Shown here: in pieces, positions 38,676-51,745 of the stretch | How positions within the stretch are numbered: the stretch's first letter is position 1 | Layout: the number at the start of each line of letters is the position of its first letter | Source of the DNA: Cystobasidiomycetes sp. EMM_F5 | Taxonomy: Eukaryota | DNA length: 64,000 nucleotides | Assembly (NCBI GenBank): GCA_051047955.1 | Contig: JBPGPT010000031.1 | Span: 62,001 to 126,000 of the forward strand | Direction of reading: 5' to 3' | Notes under the pieces: model-generated | What the model was told of the DNA's origin: nothing | Database searches by the model: none | What the model saw: only the letters and a program-made list of their open reading frames with translations | Program-made: the position numbers and the translations under genes

Positions 38676-41154
38676 ATGGGCAATACCAATGGCAAGACGC
38701 TTCGCGATTCAAATGGCCGTCCTCCGCAAGCTTTGACGAGCATGCCCGCTAATACGCGCGGCGGCATGATGGGGACATTGAATGCTGTCCACTCAGACCA
38801 AGTTGAGGTGCCACCGACACCTACGTCCATAATCGACGCCACTGGCAAAGTGCGCATAATTATCTTTGATACCGAAGCGCAGACCAGCTCAGTGATGGCT
38901 TGACCAGGCTGGGCCACCAAAGAAACGGGAATTAGCTATTAGCGCTTACACGCATTTACAGCAGCCAAATCTGATTGAATGGAAGTAAGCTTCAGTCATT
39001 TACTCACACCCAATGTATGATGAAGCTGACAAACACTGGTCAAGTTCGATTAATGCAATCGTCTCTAGGGGACGCGAGTGCCAATCTTCCGCCATTCAAC
39101 GTTCACGCGTGGCTGACTTGTTTTCAGTCATCGATAGATTGCGAATCCAATTCGATGCCCCGGAAATCAAGTGCGCCCGTTGTTCAAGCCTACGAAGGTT
39201 GTTGCTGACGACATTCTTCCTGCTTGTGTCGACCAGAGGTTTCAACGCAAGCCGCTGATGCATAGCTCAACCACAAACACCATGCTGATTTGGTCATCTG
39301 CAGCCGAAAATTACCAGACTTCTCTCTTGCTGCGAACGCATTCAGTCGCTTGATATCTTCTGTGACCAGCTGCCGGTCAGTCTGTTCGAAGGACTACTTG
39401 CTATTGGTTGCTGACAGGCAAAATCAGCGAGTTGTGGCATTACCGTGCTTCGTGCAGCCCTCGGTCCTCGACGCTTTGCCGGCATCATGCGCAGCACTGA
39501 GTACTTTTCATCTGGCTACTTCACTGCATCAGTATGTACCCCCTACGTTTCTGCTTCAGTAGTATCTCTAGCTGACTGTGTGCTTTATCGTAAGAACGGT
39601 GCACTTCGATGTAATTGGCAAGATCATGATACGAGCCCCGAATTTGCGATCTCTGAAGCTGGAAGGCCCAAACGTCGCCCCTTCGAAGCATACTGACTAC
39701 GGCGATTACATCCCTTGTCATTTGCAATTTCTCATTCTATGCCATGTCAAGATCAAGTTAGCCACAGTAGGCGCGAACAGAGAGAATGTGTCGGGAATGC
39801 TTTGACTCACGTTGGCACAGGTCACAGACATTCTCTGCCGCTCTGGTCGGACGTTGAAAAGTTTGCATTTGGAGCACGTCACCTCGCTGGAGGTGATGGG
39901 CATCTCGACCATCGTTGGCCGAATGCTGCACATGCTCCAATACCTGACTGTGATAGTTCCGGACGCGTCTGCGTTGGAGAAATCCAACGTTGAGTTGTCA
40001 GGGATGCTGGACCACGTCTTCGCTCAGCCTTTGCCGATGCTGCAATACCTTTATACGAGCGGTAGTGAGTGTCCCGCACGTTACCGGCTTCTATCTTCTT
40101 TTCGCATCTGATATGTTCGGCAAAGTCTCCGTTAGCGATGTTTCCTTCGAGCGCACTGAGAACAGCGTAGGCAAAATAGCAAGCATACTGCCCAGTTGCC
40201 AGCAGCTATGCTTGCACAATTGTGGACGAGTCAGCATGTCGACTATCGCGAAAGCAATGGCTCTGCGACGATTCCCTAGTCTGGTTCGTATCGAGGCCAT
40301 CTGGCGTAAGTTATACCTTTCACAACTCATCAAGCAAGGGACTGAGTGCAAATCATATGCAAATCTCCTCAGCCCCGCAAAATGTTCATCCTTCAGAGTA
40401 CGAAGCTCTGAGAGAGGCTTGTCGACTACGCAACGTGGACATGAGCGATGGAATGATTGCTCACTACCAGCCTCTGGTCACGCCCGTAACCCCGCCAGGC
40501 TGTATGCCGACTGTGAGTGACATCTGTCTTTCCCAGAAAAAGGCGAACTAATGATATTACGGGTCGACGCAGGACGAGTGCGCTCCCACCGTACAGACAT
40601 CCATACGCGTCGATTCGGCGCCCTTTGTAGGTGAAAGTTCGTATCCAACAACACCAGTGTACGTTGGCGAAGACGATTTCCGGCTGCTTCGACAAGCAGA
40701 ATACGATACAAGCCGATCTCGCAGCGCTAACACTGCTGTACCATACATGAAGACCGACGAAAAAGCCGCTCGGAACCACCGAGACTCTGGTTTCATCAAT
40801 TCGGATTCCGGCAAGTCGGGTAAAAGTGTTCGGAGCAGTAGAAATCCATTCGACGAGGCTAGTCGCGTTTCTGAGCATCGAAGCAGCAAGAGAACATCGT
40901 CTGGTTCGTCAAAGTCTGCAGTACGACGTGTCGAACGGCCACAGCGATCTCGTCGATACCATTCGAACAGGCGCGCACGACATGGCAGCGACAGCGACAG
41001 CGACACATGCTACTCGTCGTCTTCGTCGTCATCGTCAACGAGTGACAGTGAGGAGGAGCACGGCATTACAGCGAGGGTAAAAGGCCGGGGTACAGTGAAA
41101 GAGGGGAAGGCTAGCAGAAGCTACCGTGGTCCGAGCGCGAGCGTGCGTCGTTAG
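38676..41154 (+). CDS. Hypothetical LRR/RNI-like protein with S/R-rich tail (paralog A); 5' end uncertain
   Basis: Exons with LxxLxL periodicity (APNLRSLKLEG, TLKSLHLEHV, LPSCQQLCLHNC, FPSLVRIE); homologous to the minus-strand gene at 53218-56217. Confidence 0.65.
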
Positions 41155-41274
41155 AGCATCTATCACTGAACGTAGGATATGAGTACACGGTGTCAGAGGT
41201 TCAAATCAGAGTATTCTGCAAAGAATCAGTCCATCAGTCCGTTGCCGTTCTTGTCGGGATCTTGACCATCCAAA

Positions 41275-42485
41275 ATGACCAAGAGCGCGAGTGCCAGCCT
41301 GCCGCCGCTGAGTTCGGTCGTCGATGCGATCCATGCGGAACTCCCCGACAGCCTCAAGACGCCCGTTCTCGCTATCGTCTGCGGCTCTGGACTGGCTGGA
41401 CTGTCTGATAAGCTGACTGACCGCGTCGATGTCCCGTACGAGCGCATTCCGGGCTTCCCAGTCTCCACGGGTCAGCTATCCGCTCATCTTGGGCGTAGTC
41501 TTGCGCTGATTTGGTTCGTTATTCCAAGTCGTCGGGCACCGCAGCAAGCTATCTTTTGGGAGGCTCGCTGGGGTTCCCGTTGTCGCCCAGGCAGGTCGCT
41601 ACCACTTTTACGAGGGCAAGGATATCTCTCTGGTCACCTTTCCGGTTCGAGTCTTCCATGCGCTGGGGTGCAAAGCTGTCATCCGTGAGCAGATGGAACA
41701 TGTCGTATATTTAATCGAAAGCTAATACATTCCACAAAGTAACGAACGCCGCTGGAGGGCTCCACTCCAACTGGTCAGTACCGACGATATGCGTCCTGCA
41801 CGACCACATCGCGATACCGGCCCTGGCCGGCTTGAATCCGCTTATCGGGCCAAATGATGATAGCATTGGGCCTCGCTTTCCACCTATGAGCAACGGTGAG
41901 CTGAGACCTCAAATTTATCTGTCTAGCCAGAGCTAACTGTGTCACTCTACCAGCGTACGACCTTGAATTACAAAAGACAGTCTATAGAGCCACCCGCCTT
42001 CTCGGACAACCAGACTCTCTCGTTCGCAGCGGGACTTATGCTTGGGTGACGGGACCGACGTACGAAACGCGAGCAGATTGCAAATTCCTACGCGACTACT
42101 GCGGAGCCGATGTCGTGGGAATGTCGACTGTGCCAGAAGTCATCGTCGCTAGACATGCTGTGAGTTGATGAAATAGACGCTGTAAAGACGCGCCTGACTG
42201 TAACGCTTTCACATTATTCAGGGCATGAAGGTTCTGTGCCTCTCGCTTGTGACAAACCTGGTCGTTGGCTCGCCGTATCGAGACCTTCGAGCTGAGGTGG
42301 CCGCCGAGTCGGATTCGCAGGGCGGTTCCAGCACTAATGGCGCGGCTCACGGAAAGGTTGCTGCTTCGAAAGACAACGAGCCTACTGTGTGTCACGAAGA
42401 GGTGTTGGAGATTGGCGCCAAAGCCGCAGAGGATATGAGCCGGTTAGTGGAGAAAGTTGTCGAGCTCGCGGCGGCTTCTCTGTAG
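41275..42485 (+). CDS. PNP1: Purine nucleoside phosphorylase, multi-exon
   Basis: [69 protein letters not shown]. Confidence 0.97.
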
Positions 42486-42678
42486 AGTCATCGCTCGTAA
42501 TCTCCAATTCATCACTTATGGACGATATGCGATGGTTCCAACACTCACTTGCCCCGATCTAATAGATCACCTCGCTTTTGAATGTTTTTGACCGCCTTCT
42601 TTTCTCCCGCCAACATACTATGCCTCCGGAAATATCGACACCAACTTGGAGCTGCGACATCTGCCGTCACGTCACAGG

Positions 42679-45600
42679 ATGACCGACGAAGCAGCCGTAA
42701 AAGCTGCGAAATCTGTATTCCTGGGCGTGTTTGCCCTTTCGCGGCCAAGGGCAGATGGACAGTCGCAGTATGCAAGGGATGGCAGCGGAGTGCCGGAACG
42801 AGGGAGCCAGGTGGATGAGAGGAGGGCGCAAGGGCTGGAGTCGAGAGGCGACGACCGCATCAATGGCAATATCGCCCCGGCCAGCCATGAAATAGCCCCG
42901 TTGACTCGGACGGCGAGCAGGAGCAATCAACAGCTTGGAAGTGGGAATGGAGCTCATGAGGCGAGAGATGGGAGTGGTGCTTACAACGAGGTGAGCTGGG
43001 AATGCCTGGAGTCGAAGCAGTATCGTGTTCTGACTTGCAAACCAGCAGGAGTTTGGAGACGCCAGAGAAGGAGATCCTAGACAGCAGAATGGAATTGCTG
43101 AGTTTGCTGACAGTCCTTCGATGTGGAAATATCAGCAATCTTCAACTTATCAGGTCTCAACGGCCTCAGCCAACGTCAAATCCGTCAATTACAAACACGA
43201 CAAAGATGGCAAAGCATACGCGTCTTCAACTTCACAGCAGCCATTGCACTACTTGATATCACCGCATAGACGTGTCACAGCGTCTCCTACACGGCAAGAG
43301 CAGACGGGTGCAGCTTTGATCGCGACAAAACCGAGTACAATTGAACATATCGGGCCGACAGAAAGTAGTCAACCTCGCCGGAACCTCAGCCCAACTTCCG
43401 CAGCCTTGAATAAGATGATCCTCGTGCAGACTACAGCCCGGCGCACCTACGATAGACGAAGCTCTTCGGACTGCCGTCAGGCTGAAGCCACGAGTTCACC
43501 AAGAATTGGACAAGCAACCGAGAGCGCCAGGACGGCAAAGCGGAAACGCTCTCCGTCTGAAGAGCTCTGCATACCGGACGGTGACCAGTCACAATATACC
43601 AAACGGGTTAGCACTCCCCTGCGCGGCATTCAGGCCAACCATGGCGACAGCACTACAAGCAGGATCAGAGTCAACTATCGTGAAGAAAGCAGACAGGTAG
43701 CAACTAGTACATCAAGACACCAGAGCAATAATACTATGCCGCTGCTGACTAGTGGAGCAACTCGGTCTCCAGCTCCAGCCCGGTCAGACGCGTCCGCCGC
43801 AGTACCGACAAGGTCAGTCGAGCCGCCGAAAAGACGAAGAGGCAGACCTCCAAAGCAAAGATCAATGGTAGAAAGCGGTGCTGCCGAACCCGGTCGAATG
43901 CCTACCTCCGAATCGCGGAGAAGAAGAAACTCGTCGGACAGTCTTTCCGAGCTCGACTATCGGGATGCCGCACACCGTCAAGTCCAGGCTGAGCTCAGAG
44001 ATCTCAAGCGTCAGGCTGAGGTCGACGCTGCTTCCGGCGATAAGAGCGCTCGTCAACCGGAAGCGAATTCGCACCGAAAGAGTCATCGAATCAGACGGAT
44101 AGCCGTTAGCGAGACAGATACTGATGGCGAAATACCTATAGCTCAGTTGTTGAGTTCACCAAGACGATCGCAAAATCGCGCAGCTAGTGTCACCCCAAAG
44201 CTGGAATCGCCCTCTGACGACGACAACGCGACAGGCGATCTCCTACCACAGTCCGGCAATCCTGCGGTCGGTCCTAGTAGGGAATTGGGCGCTAGTGTGC
44301 CTCAGCCTACCCTCACAAGATCAATGTCTACCGTGTCATCGGCAGCATCAACAGCTGTGCGTGGCAGTCGGCGTTCCCGCAGCGCCCATACCACACCGCC
44401 CAGCAACAGCACGTGTCATTTGTGCGCGTCGGATTGCGAGCAGGATCTGCTGCGGTGCTGTGCGTGCTCCAGCCGGCTTTGTCGAGCGTGCCTTGTCAGT
44501 AAATACAGCCACCAAGCAGCGTATGCAGCCATCGTCCTGCTGTCAAAACTTGCGCAGAATCAAGCGGCTGCAACCGATGCACAAGCTCAAACGGATTCGG
44601 CAGACCGAGATAATCATGTACTGCAGGGCCTGAGAGCGATTCTGAGCCTGTGCGCACTGAGTGTAGACACCCTTCAGACGCACCTATCGCAACTGGATTT
44701 CCAATGCCCCACATGCAAGAGCATCTGTGAATGTGTGCGATGCCAAACCTCAACGAACGTAGTGCCAGCAACAGCGCTGGGGCGAAAGCGTAGCGGCGCC
44801 GTAAAGTCTCAACAGCTTCCCCGCCCGAGCAGCAAATTCGACCGTCTTGCTAGAGAGGCTGCTATATTTACCAACTATAACGCAACGTCGCAAGGAAGAG
44901 ACTTTGTTGCGCGAACGCGTCGACCAGCGAGTGTCCTTGCACAAGAAGCACTTCGTAGTGTCCTCCCACGACCGGCTCGTGATGCGGTCACGCCCATATA
45001 CAACGAAAAAGCCCTCTTCCTTCGTCACTCCGTAGACGATACGAACACATCTTCTCCACGTCGGACTGTACGCAAGACGTCAGCGGTAGCGGTCGACACC
45101 TATGTAGATCCCATGACAGCTGCGGCCGCCCGCCGTCGCCAGATTGATGAGTCAACGGGCTTCGTACCTCATGTAGTCGTGCGATCGTCGTTATCGGTGA
45201 GCCGTCGGGCGCACGCTTCGCCATACAATCCCCGCGCGAACGCGATACCTCGGCTGGGGAGCCCGCCCTACAGGCCGTCCTTGTCCTGTGATAATTCAGA
45301 GGTACAAGAGGAGGATAGCGACGAGCAGCCCGAGCCGCTTCCCGCTTTATCAGCGCCCAGTCTACGCGTCAGACTACATACCCGGCCAGGCGATTCACTC
45401 GGACGCTCTCCGGCTAAACTTGCAGGAAGGCCAACTGTTTCGCAAGAAGATGTCCAAGGTTCCGCATGTGTATCACATTTCACCGTTCCACCCGACTTCA
45501 CATTGCCGGATGGCACCCTGGTCTCGCAGCAGCACACTAGCTTCGGCACACAGCTCTCTTCGCTGCAGCAAGGTGACATTACCCTCGGTCAACCCGGAAT

Positions 45601-46162
45601 GTCTTCCGTCTCATCATACGCTACAGTAGCAAGGAGCGGCCTTCCTGTTGCCCCTTCAAGTTTGGCGGCAGCCGCTGGCTTTGGAGCTCCGACAAATTCC
45701 GACTTTCTGGAAGCTGCGCTGCCCGAGCTGGACTACCTTTCCCCCTCAGACACGAACACCACTACGTCTGCCTCAGCTCTTGCATCTCCGGTAATGAAAG
45801 ATCTTGATGATGTTTACGCAAGTCTACCTCCGCCACCTATCAATCACACATTGTTCCAATACGGACGAAGTGATGTAGCGGTCGATGACAAGACGCACAC
45901 TGAGAACTTCGACCCGACCTTTTCAGTGTCTTTGATGCCCGACTCGATGTTGACGAATTTCGGTCAATCGCTCAATAAACCGCTCGATCATGGTGAGGGC
46001 GAAAACAGTGCAAGCAACTACATTACATATCCCCCCTCATATACCGCCGACATCATCAACATCCTAGACGGCTCGCCATTCGACGCTATCGAATCTTCCG
46101 GCCAGAGCGCAGAGGATCATTGCTCTTTGTCAGATTGGATACTTAACCTGGACTGTATGTAG
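42679..46162 (+). CDS. Large disordered nuclear protein with AT-hook and zf-4CXXC_R1-like Cys-rich domain (one 5' intron)
   Basis: KRRRGRPPK (~43830-43856); TCHLC...CCAC...LCRACLVSKY...FQCPTCKSICECVRC (44414-44743); first exon from ATG 42679 splices in frame into the 1013-aa ORF. Confidence 0.75.
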
Positions 46163-46452
46163 CGACGAGACCGCCATACCTGCTGTGGATTCGCTATGGT
46201 AGTGCTGCTGTTGTTGTACACCAATGAGCATGTGACGTATTCTCCGGATGATATGCTGAGCACTCTACGCGTTGGAAAGAAGGTATGCGCATTATCTTCA
46301 GTAGGCAACGCTGGGCTGCTCTTAGCTCTCTCTCTGATACAGAGGTACCTGAACCTATGATATACAACTATTTACACGGGCTGCGCGAAAACTGAATCCA
46401 TTCCGGACGGGGTCGAAAATTGCTGAACATGATGGCTCGTCCCGGCTGAGTA

Positions 46453-49400
46453 TCACAGATCGCTTCCTTGGATCATAGACGCCTTGATGTTTGGAGAATC
46501 TGCTGTATGCAGCAATCTCCGCAAGGCATGAATGAAGCTCTTGGACGTTTCTGACCACACATCGATCTTTTCAAGCTCAAATATGGCATGCCTCACGATG
46601 CGGCAGGGGTCTGTGCTGTATCCCAACACTTCTTCCTGTCCGCTCCCGTTGTTAGGTCCAAGGCAGGGTCGAAATCGAATAGAATTGTTCAGCCACCCTT
46701 TCAAGGCCGGATGCTCGACGTCGGGCAATTCGTCCAAGAAGATTTGGTCTGCGCCGATTGGTGCATCCATCAGCGCCGTGACTTCTTCACCATCGGGACT
46801 CTCATTAGCAAGGGTCACGAACAAGCCGTATGCGTGCTGTGTGCACAAATTCCGTCAGTCTCGGCAGAGCGCGCAAAGTATGGCATAGCCACGCACGATG
46901 ACACAGGCCGTGTAGAAAACACAGTAGGGTCTCATCCAATGAGCCATATCCATGTGTGTATGGAGGTTCAAGATGGTGCTCCAGACCTGTGTCGAACGCC
47001 ACAGATCGCATTTTGCAACTTTACCATTGTCCTTCCTTAGCCATTCCACCACTGCCTGTCTAGCCCCCGGATTCGTGGCTGTATCGTTGACCGCAAAGGT
47101 GAGCAGCGTAGGAAGAGAGATATTCGCCGATATGGCCAATAAGTTTGGCGTGACAGTGAAGCAGGGTTTACATTTAGGATTGGACCAGCTCCGCTCGCCG
47201 TAACCGAATAGTAACTTGTGAAGTCGATCGTGCACCGCGGTGAAGAAGGCAACGGGAGGACCAGTACCGCCAGACCAATCTCCGCTGCTGGCCCATATCT
47301 TAGCAACCACACCTTGCAGGGCGATGGCCTTACTGTGTAGGACACGATGCAGTAGATGAATGATGCGCGCGTTTGCTGAATCCGTTTGAACGAGACGATG
47401 CGCATGCTCCGCTTGACTGGGATCGACGAATGCCCGCATAGCTTCAAAGAGCGACATAGGCTCGCGGACCGACTCATACATAGTGGCCCATTCCTCAGCA
47501 CTTCGCGCTGACCACAGCTTAATCTCGTCCGGCAAGGTCGTCCAGAGAATTTGTTCGAGAGCATGACACACTGTGGTCTCGGTCAGAATGGAGTGTATAG
47601 CGAAGAAAAATAGGAAAGATAGAGCCAGCCTCTTTCGCATTTGCTGTCTGATCCAAGCCTGCCATCGCGAGTTAGGCGTCTCTACCTCACTGGGCAATCG
47701 GGTGCACTGGGACCATTTGACGATGCAGATGTTGGGCACTTCGAAGATCGAATGAGACATCGATCCAGTAGAAAAGCGGATCAACAGATGGGCTTGATAC
47801 AGCTCCACCGTAACTGGATCATCGTACCTGACCATCATGTCTTCGTCCTGCCAACTAGTGTTAGCATCCTTTAGTCTCACAATACTGTTTACCGACCTCT
47901 GCGACTGCCTGGAAACCAGCCTTGCAGGTCGTGACCAAGGCAGAGACCCGCTTGTTTTGCATGCGATAGCGTGCTCCGATACTGCGACAGAACATCATGT
48001 GAGCTAACGCGTTGTAAGACGTACTTGAAGTCACCTACGCCGCAACAGCTAGGACAAGGAGCCAGTGACAGCTGGCGGGGTCGAACGTAGCTTCATGCAG
48101 GAAAGGGAGGTATACTTGGAAGTAGTCAAAATAATCATCGAGGAAGCACTCGAGCGTTTCAGGATCCGGCACGTAGAAGACCTTCGATAGATTGATCGGT
48201 AGTGAAGCTATGCCTTGCATCGCTTGCCTAGCACGCTGGACCACCGTACGCAAAACTGTCAGAGACCATCGGGATTTATGCCGCGCCGCGACACCGGACG
48301 CGATACCTTGCGACAGGAGATCGAGACCAGGATCTAGAAAGCGTGCACCACCTGCAGTCTGCGACGACTGTGTCGATCCGACAGCTTCCCAGTCAACTCC
48401 TCGGACAGGTGTTTCGCTCGTATTTTCACCTTTAGCCGAATTACTTGCGATGCCACTTGACAGGCACAATAGGGTCCGTGCACCCTCAGCATCTACAAAT
48501 ATACTGTCGCACCTCGGTCGACTTTGTAGTACATCGGTCAGAGAGGCCGATTTGGCGAAGTGATTCGAGCTGGAATTGGGGTTCATAGTTCCCTGCGGAG
48601 TACTAGCGCGCTGTTCGGGCGCTGGAGCGCTGATTACGGCGAGAGATTCTGGGTAACGAGCAACACTGTCCAAATTATTTGATAGAGGGATGTTTTTAGA
48701 TCTCGAGGCATGGGATGGAATATTAGGCGCGTAATACGTGGTCAGGGCAGCCTCAGCCAGCGGATGTACGGAAGATGTTGCGGACGACATCGACGGGCGG
48801 CTCTTCTGCAGGTCGATCTGGACAGTCTCATCATGCACCAGCGAGAGCACCGTAGAAGGAAGATTGGTCATTGCACGACGCTGATGATCTGAGCCGACAG
48901 GGATCCGGATCCGCTCTTCGGCGACAGCTATGGGCTGCGAGGGTTTTGAAGCAGAAGCGGGTGCGTATAGAAGTGGTATGGAGGTTGAATGTAATGGGCT
49001 GTGATGACCTTTACCGTAGTACTCAGGCCCATAGCTCGGGATACGTGGCCGAGCTGCTTTGGCTCCATCAGGATACTGCCTTGCTGACCACTGCTGAGGA
49101 AGTAGAGCATGGCCCTGAGAAGAAGCTCTAGCAGCCTGCATTTCCATTATATGTGGCGCAAGCGGCGGCAATCTATAGTCCTTTAGATGGCCCGGAGTTC
49201 GGGTAGTGACTCGTCCGGTAGCAGGTCGACGTACCAGATCAGTCGAAGATGAACAATCCGCATGAGAGCCTTTCAGACTATTTCCAAAGATTTCTGGCGG
49301 GAAGTGCGTTGCTGGGGGTACTGTAGGATACTCAGCCATCTGCGGGTTGGGCAAATGGTATACGTCTGTGTGCGCTTGCCGCTCCGAGACTTGCGAGATG

Positions 49401-50916
49401 CCTCCGTCGAATGATGAGGCAGAGAGTCGATGCTGATTCCAGTCAACATTCAGCTCAGCAGAATTGGGCAGCACGGTACTTTCCCTGAAGTGAGCGTCTT
49501 CTTGACTTTCCATAGTCTCTTGAGCCGCGGGTGCTTTGTCTAGACACTCTACTATAGAGCTTCTGTACACACAGTCCAACCGGCGTTGCTGACAGTGTTG
49601 ACAAGGTTGACCACCGGAACATTTGACTCTGGTAGCATAAAGCGTGTATCAGATGCTAACTCGCACGCAAAGCGATATTGATACAATGTTCCAAACTTAC
49701 TTCAGGTTGTGACATCTTCGACAAGCAGTACGATACTTCCGTTGATCGTTTGGGTAATGATAATCACTCGCAGACGGAGATTGGTGGACAGGGTTGAGTG
49801 GGACCGGTATGATCACAGGAAGGGGCTGCTGCAGACTTTGCAATCCATCGGATGTATGCAAGCTTGGAGTCGCATAATTTGGCTGATTACCCATGGCAGT
49901 GTTGATTCGACAGCCTGCTAGCATATGGCTTGGTGAAGGCAAGGGCGCAGGCGTCTTGGCGGCGGTGTTCATTTTATATTGAGCAGCATGCTCATTGTCA
50001 TCATCAGATGCAGAACCACTGTACAAAGATGGCGCACTGATCGTGGAAGTCGTGGATGGAGGAGTGTAGAGTGCCACAGGTCCTACACGTCTCCGCTTGT
50101 GGTGATTGAAGTAGTGCTCGACCTCGATGTTCTGTTTTTGCGACACTACCGCGCTGTGACCTGGAGAGGGGACGGCCCTGTCGGCACTCCCTCCAGTCCG
50201 ATCGGCGGGGACTGCCCGTATCTCTATGCACTCGTGCTCCATCTGAGGAGACCGTTGATGCAGTGCCTCATGCTTCTTCCAGACATCACGTCGAGCAAAG
50301 GCTCGACTGCAGTACTTGCATACATGCGCTCGCGCTCCTGTGTGCTTTTGCTCCTGTGGATACGTCAGCACAGCGGTCAGGCGCATCAAGGAGCGTTATC
50401 AGTCGAGGGAGATGCCGTTGTGGAAAGTCAAAGGAGAAGACGCATAGATATAGTCGTCGTTGTGAGTGATCAGGTCGAAGAAGCGCATGGGACAGCCGAG
50501 CGGAATGTGTGTGATCAGCTACACTGAGAGGGCTTCGAGAAGCGAAGAGTGCACTTACATTGTGTCTCTTGAGATGCTCTTGTCTGGTGTATGTGCGCGA
50601 ACACATCTACTCGAACATTCAGCAATGCGCATATCCTACATTCCCACTATACGAGCGACCAGCGTACCTTGCATTCAAAAGGCCTCGGCGCAATACCATC
50701 TGCGGCACCTTTTTGTCCGCTGCCCTGCCCTGCGCTGTCGCTGTCACCACTGCGCTCATTATCCGCATTGTCGACGTTTTCGTCGGACGTCCCATTCGGC
50801 TTCCGCATGTCGGGACCTGAGATGCTGGCCGCCGTCTTGGACGAGGCTGCCTCCCTCAATGCATCCGAGTCAGAGTGTGCAGGATGCAGTGCATTGCGTT
50901 GTAACGACGAGCTCAC
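46453..50916 (-). CDS. Transcription factor with two C2H2 fingers, a Zn2Cys6 cluster and a fungal-specific TF domain; start uncertain
   Basis: RPFECK/CSRTYTRQEHLKRH, HVCKYCSRAFARRDVWKKHEALH; ACRRCHNLK/VKCSGGQPCQHCQQRRLDCVY; YFDYFQVYLPFLHEATF. Confidence 0.88.
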
Positions 50917-51745
50917 TGGAAGGTCTTGATGTTGCCAAAGTTATCGTGTCTCCACCTGCTCCACTACAGGGGATTGATAGGGGATATTGACGAAAGTGGA
51001 GCCTGTGTAAAGTTGCAAAGGGCGTGATGAGCGGTGTGCGCCAAAGAGACAGGACAGCGACACGTACAGAACACTCAGTGGCTCGCCAATGGCTCAGTCT
51101 GGTGAGCGTTGTCATCCCACTCCTCAGCGTCGTTCCAGCAGTCCCGGATGCTGCGAGAAGGTGACCTGAGGGGAAACTCGCGAGGACTCGAACGGCGAGA
51201 ACGTGTGTAACGGGAGTGGAATGTGTAACCTACTGCCATAGTGGCCCACTTTGTGGAATGCATGTGTCCGCTGCGTTGGCCATGGATTAGATATGTTTGC
51301 CTAGTATATTCTGGCTATCTGGCAGAAATTCTCCCTGGAGTAGTAGTGAATCAGCTTCCTGTGTCAGCGTCAGCCCTCGTCAGCTTTCCAGTGTCATTCA
51401 GTAAAGTCTTGCTATCTCGTCAGCTCGTCGTGCATTCCTTCCCGTCTCCAGCGGAGTCCACGATATCGCAGCCATTAATACTAGATCCTGCCTCGTCAGC
51501 TTGTCTGGAGCTCAGCTTCCTGGACAGCACTGAGGGACAAGCTACGGTACGGTACATTCGCAGCGTTCAAAGCAAAGCAGAATATCGTGCAAGAAAGTGG
51601 GAGTCGATGTAAAGAAAGGCGGGGACGACGAGGTCTGTGCGCAATGGCACAACAATAGTCAATTGTTGCTTCGGCTGCATTGCTAAGGGCACAACAAGCT
51701 TGGACTGATACGACAACACGTCGACTGATTCACTCTATCGTTACT

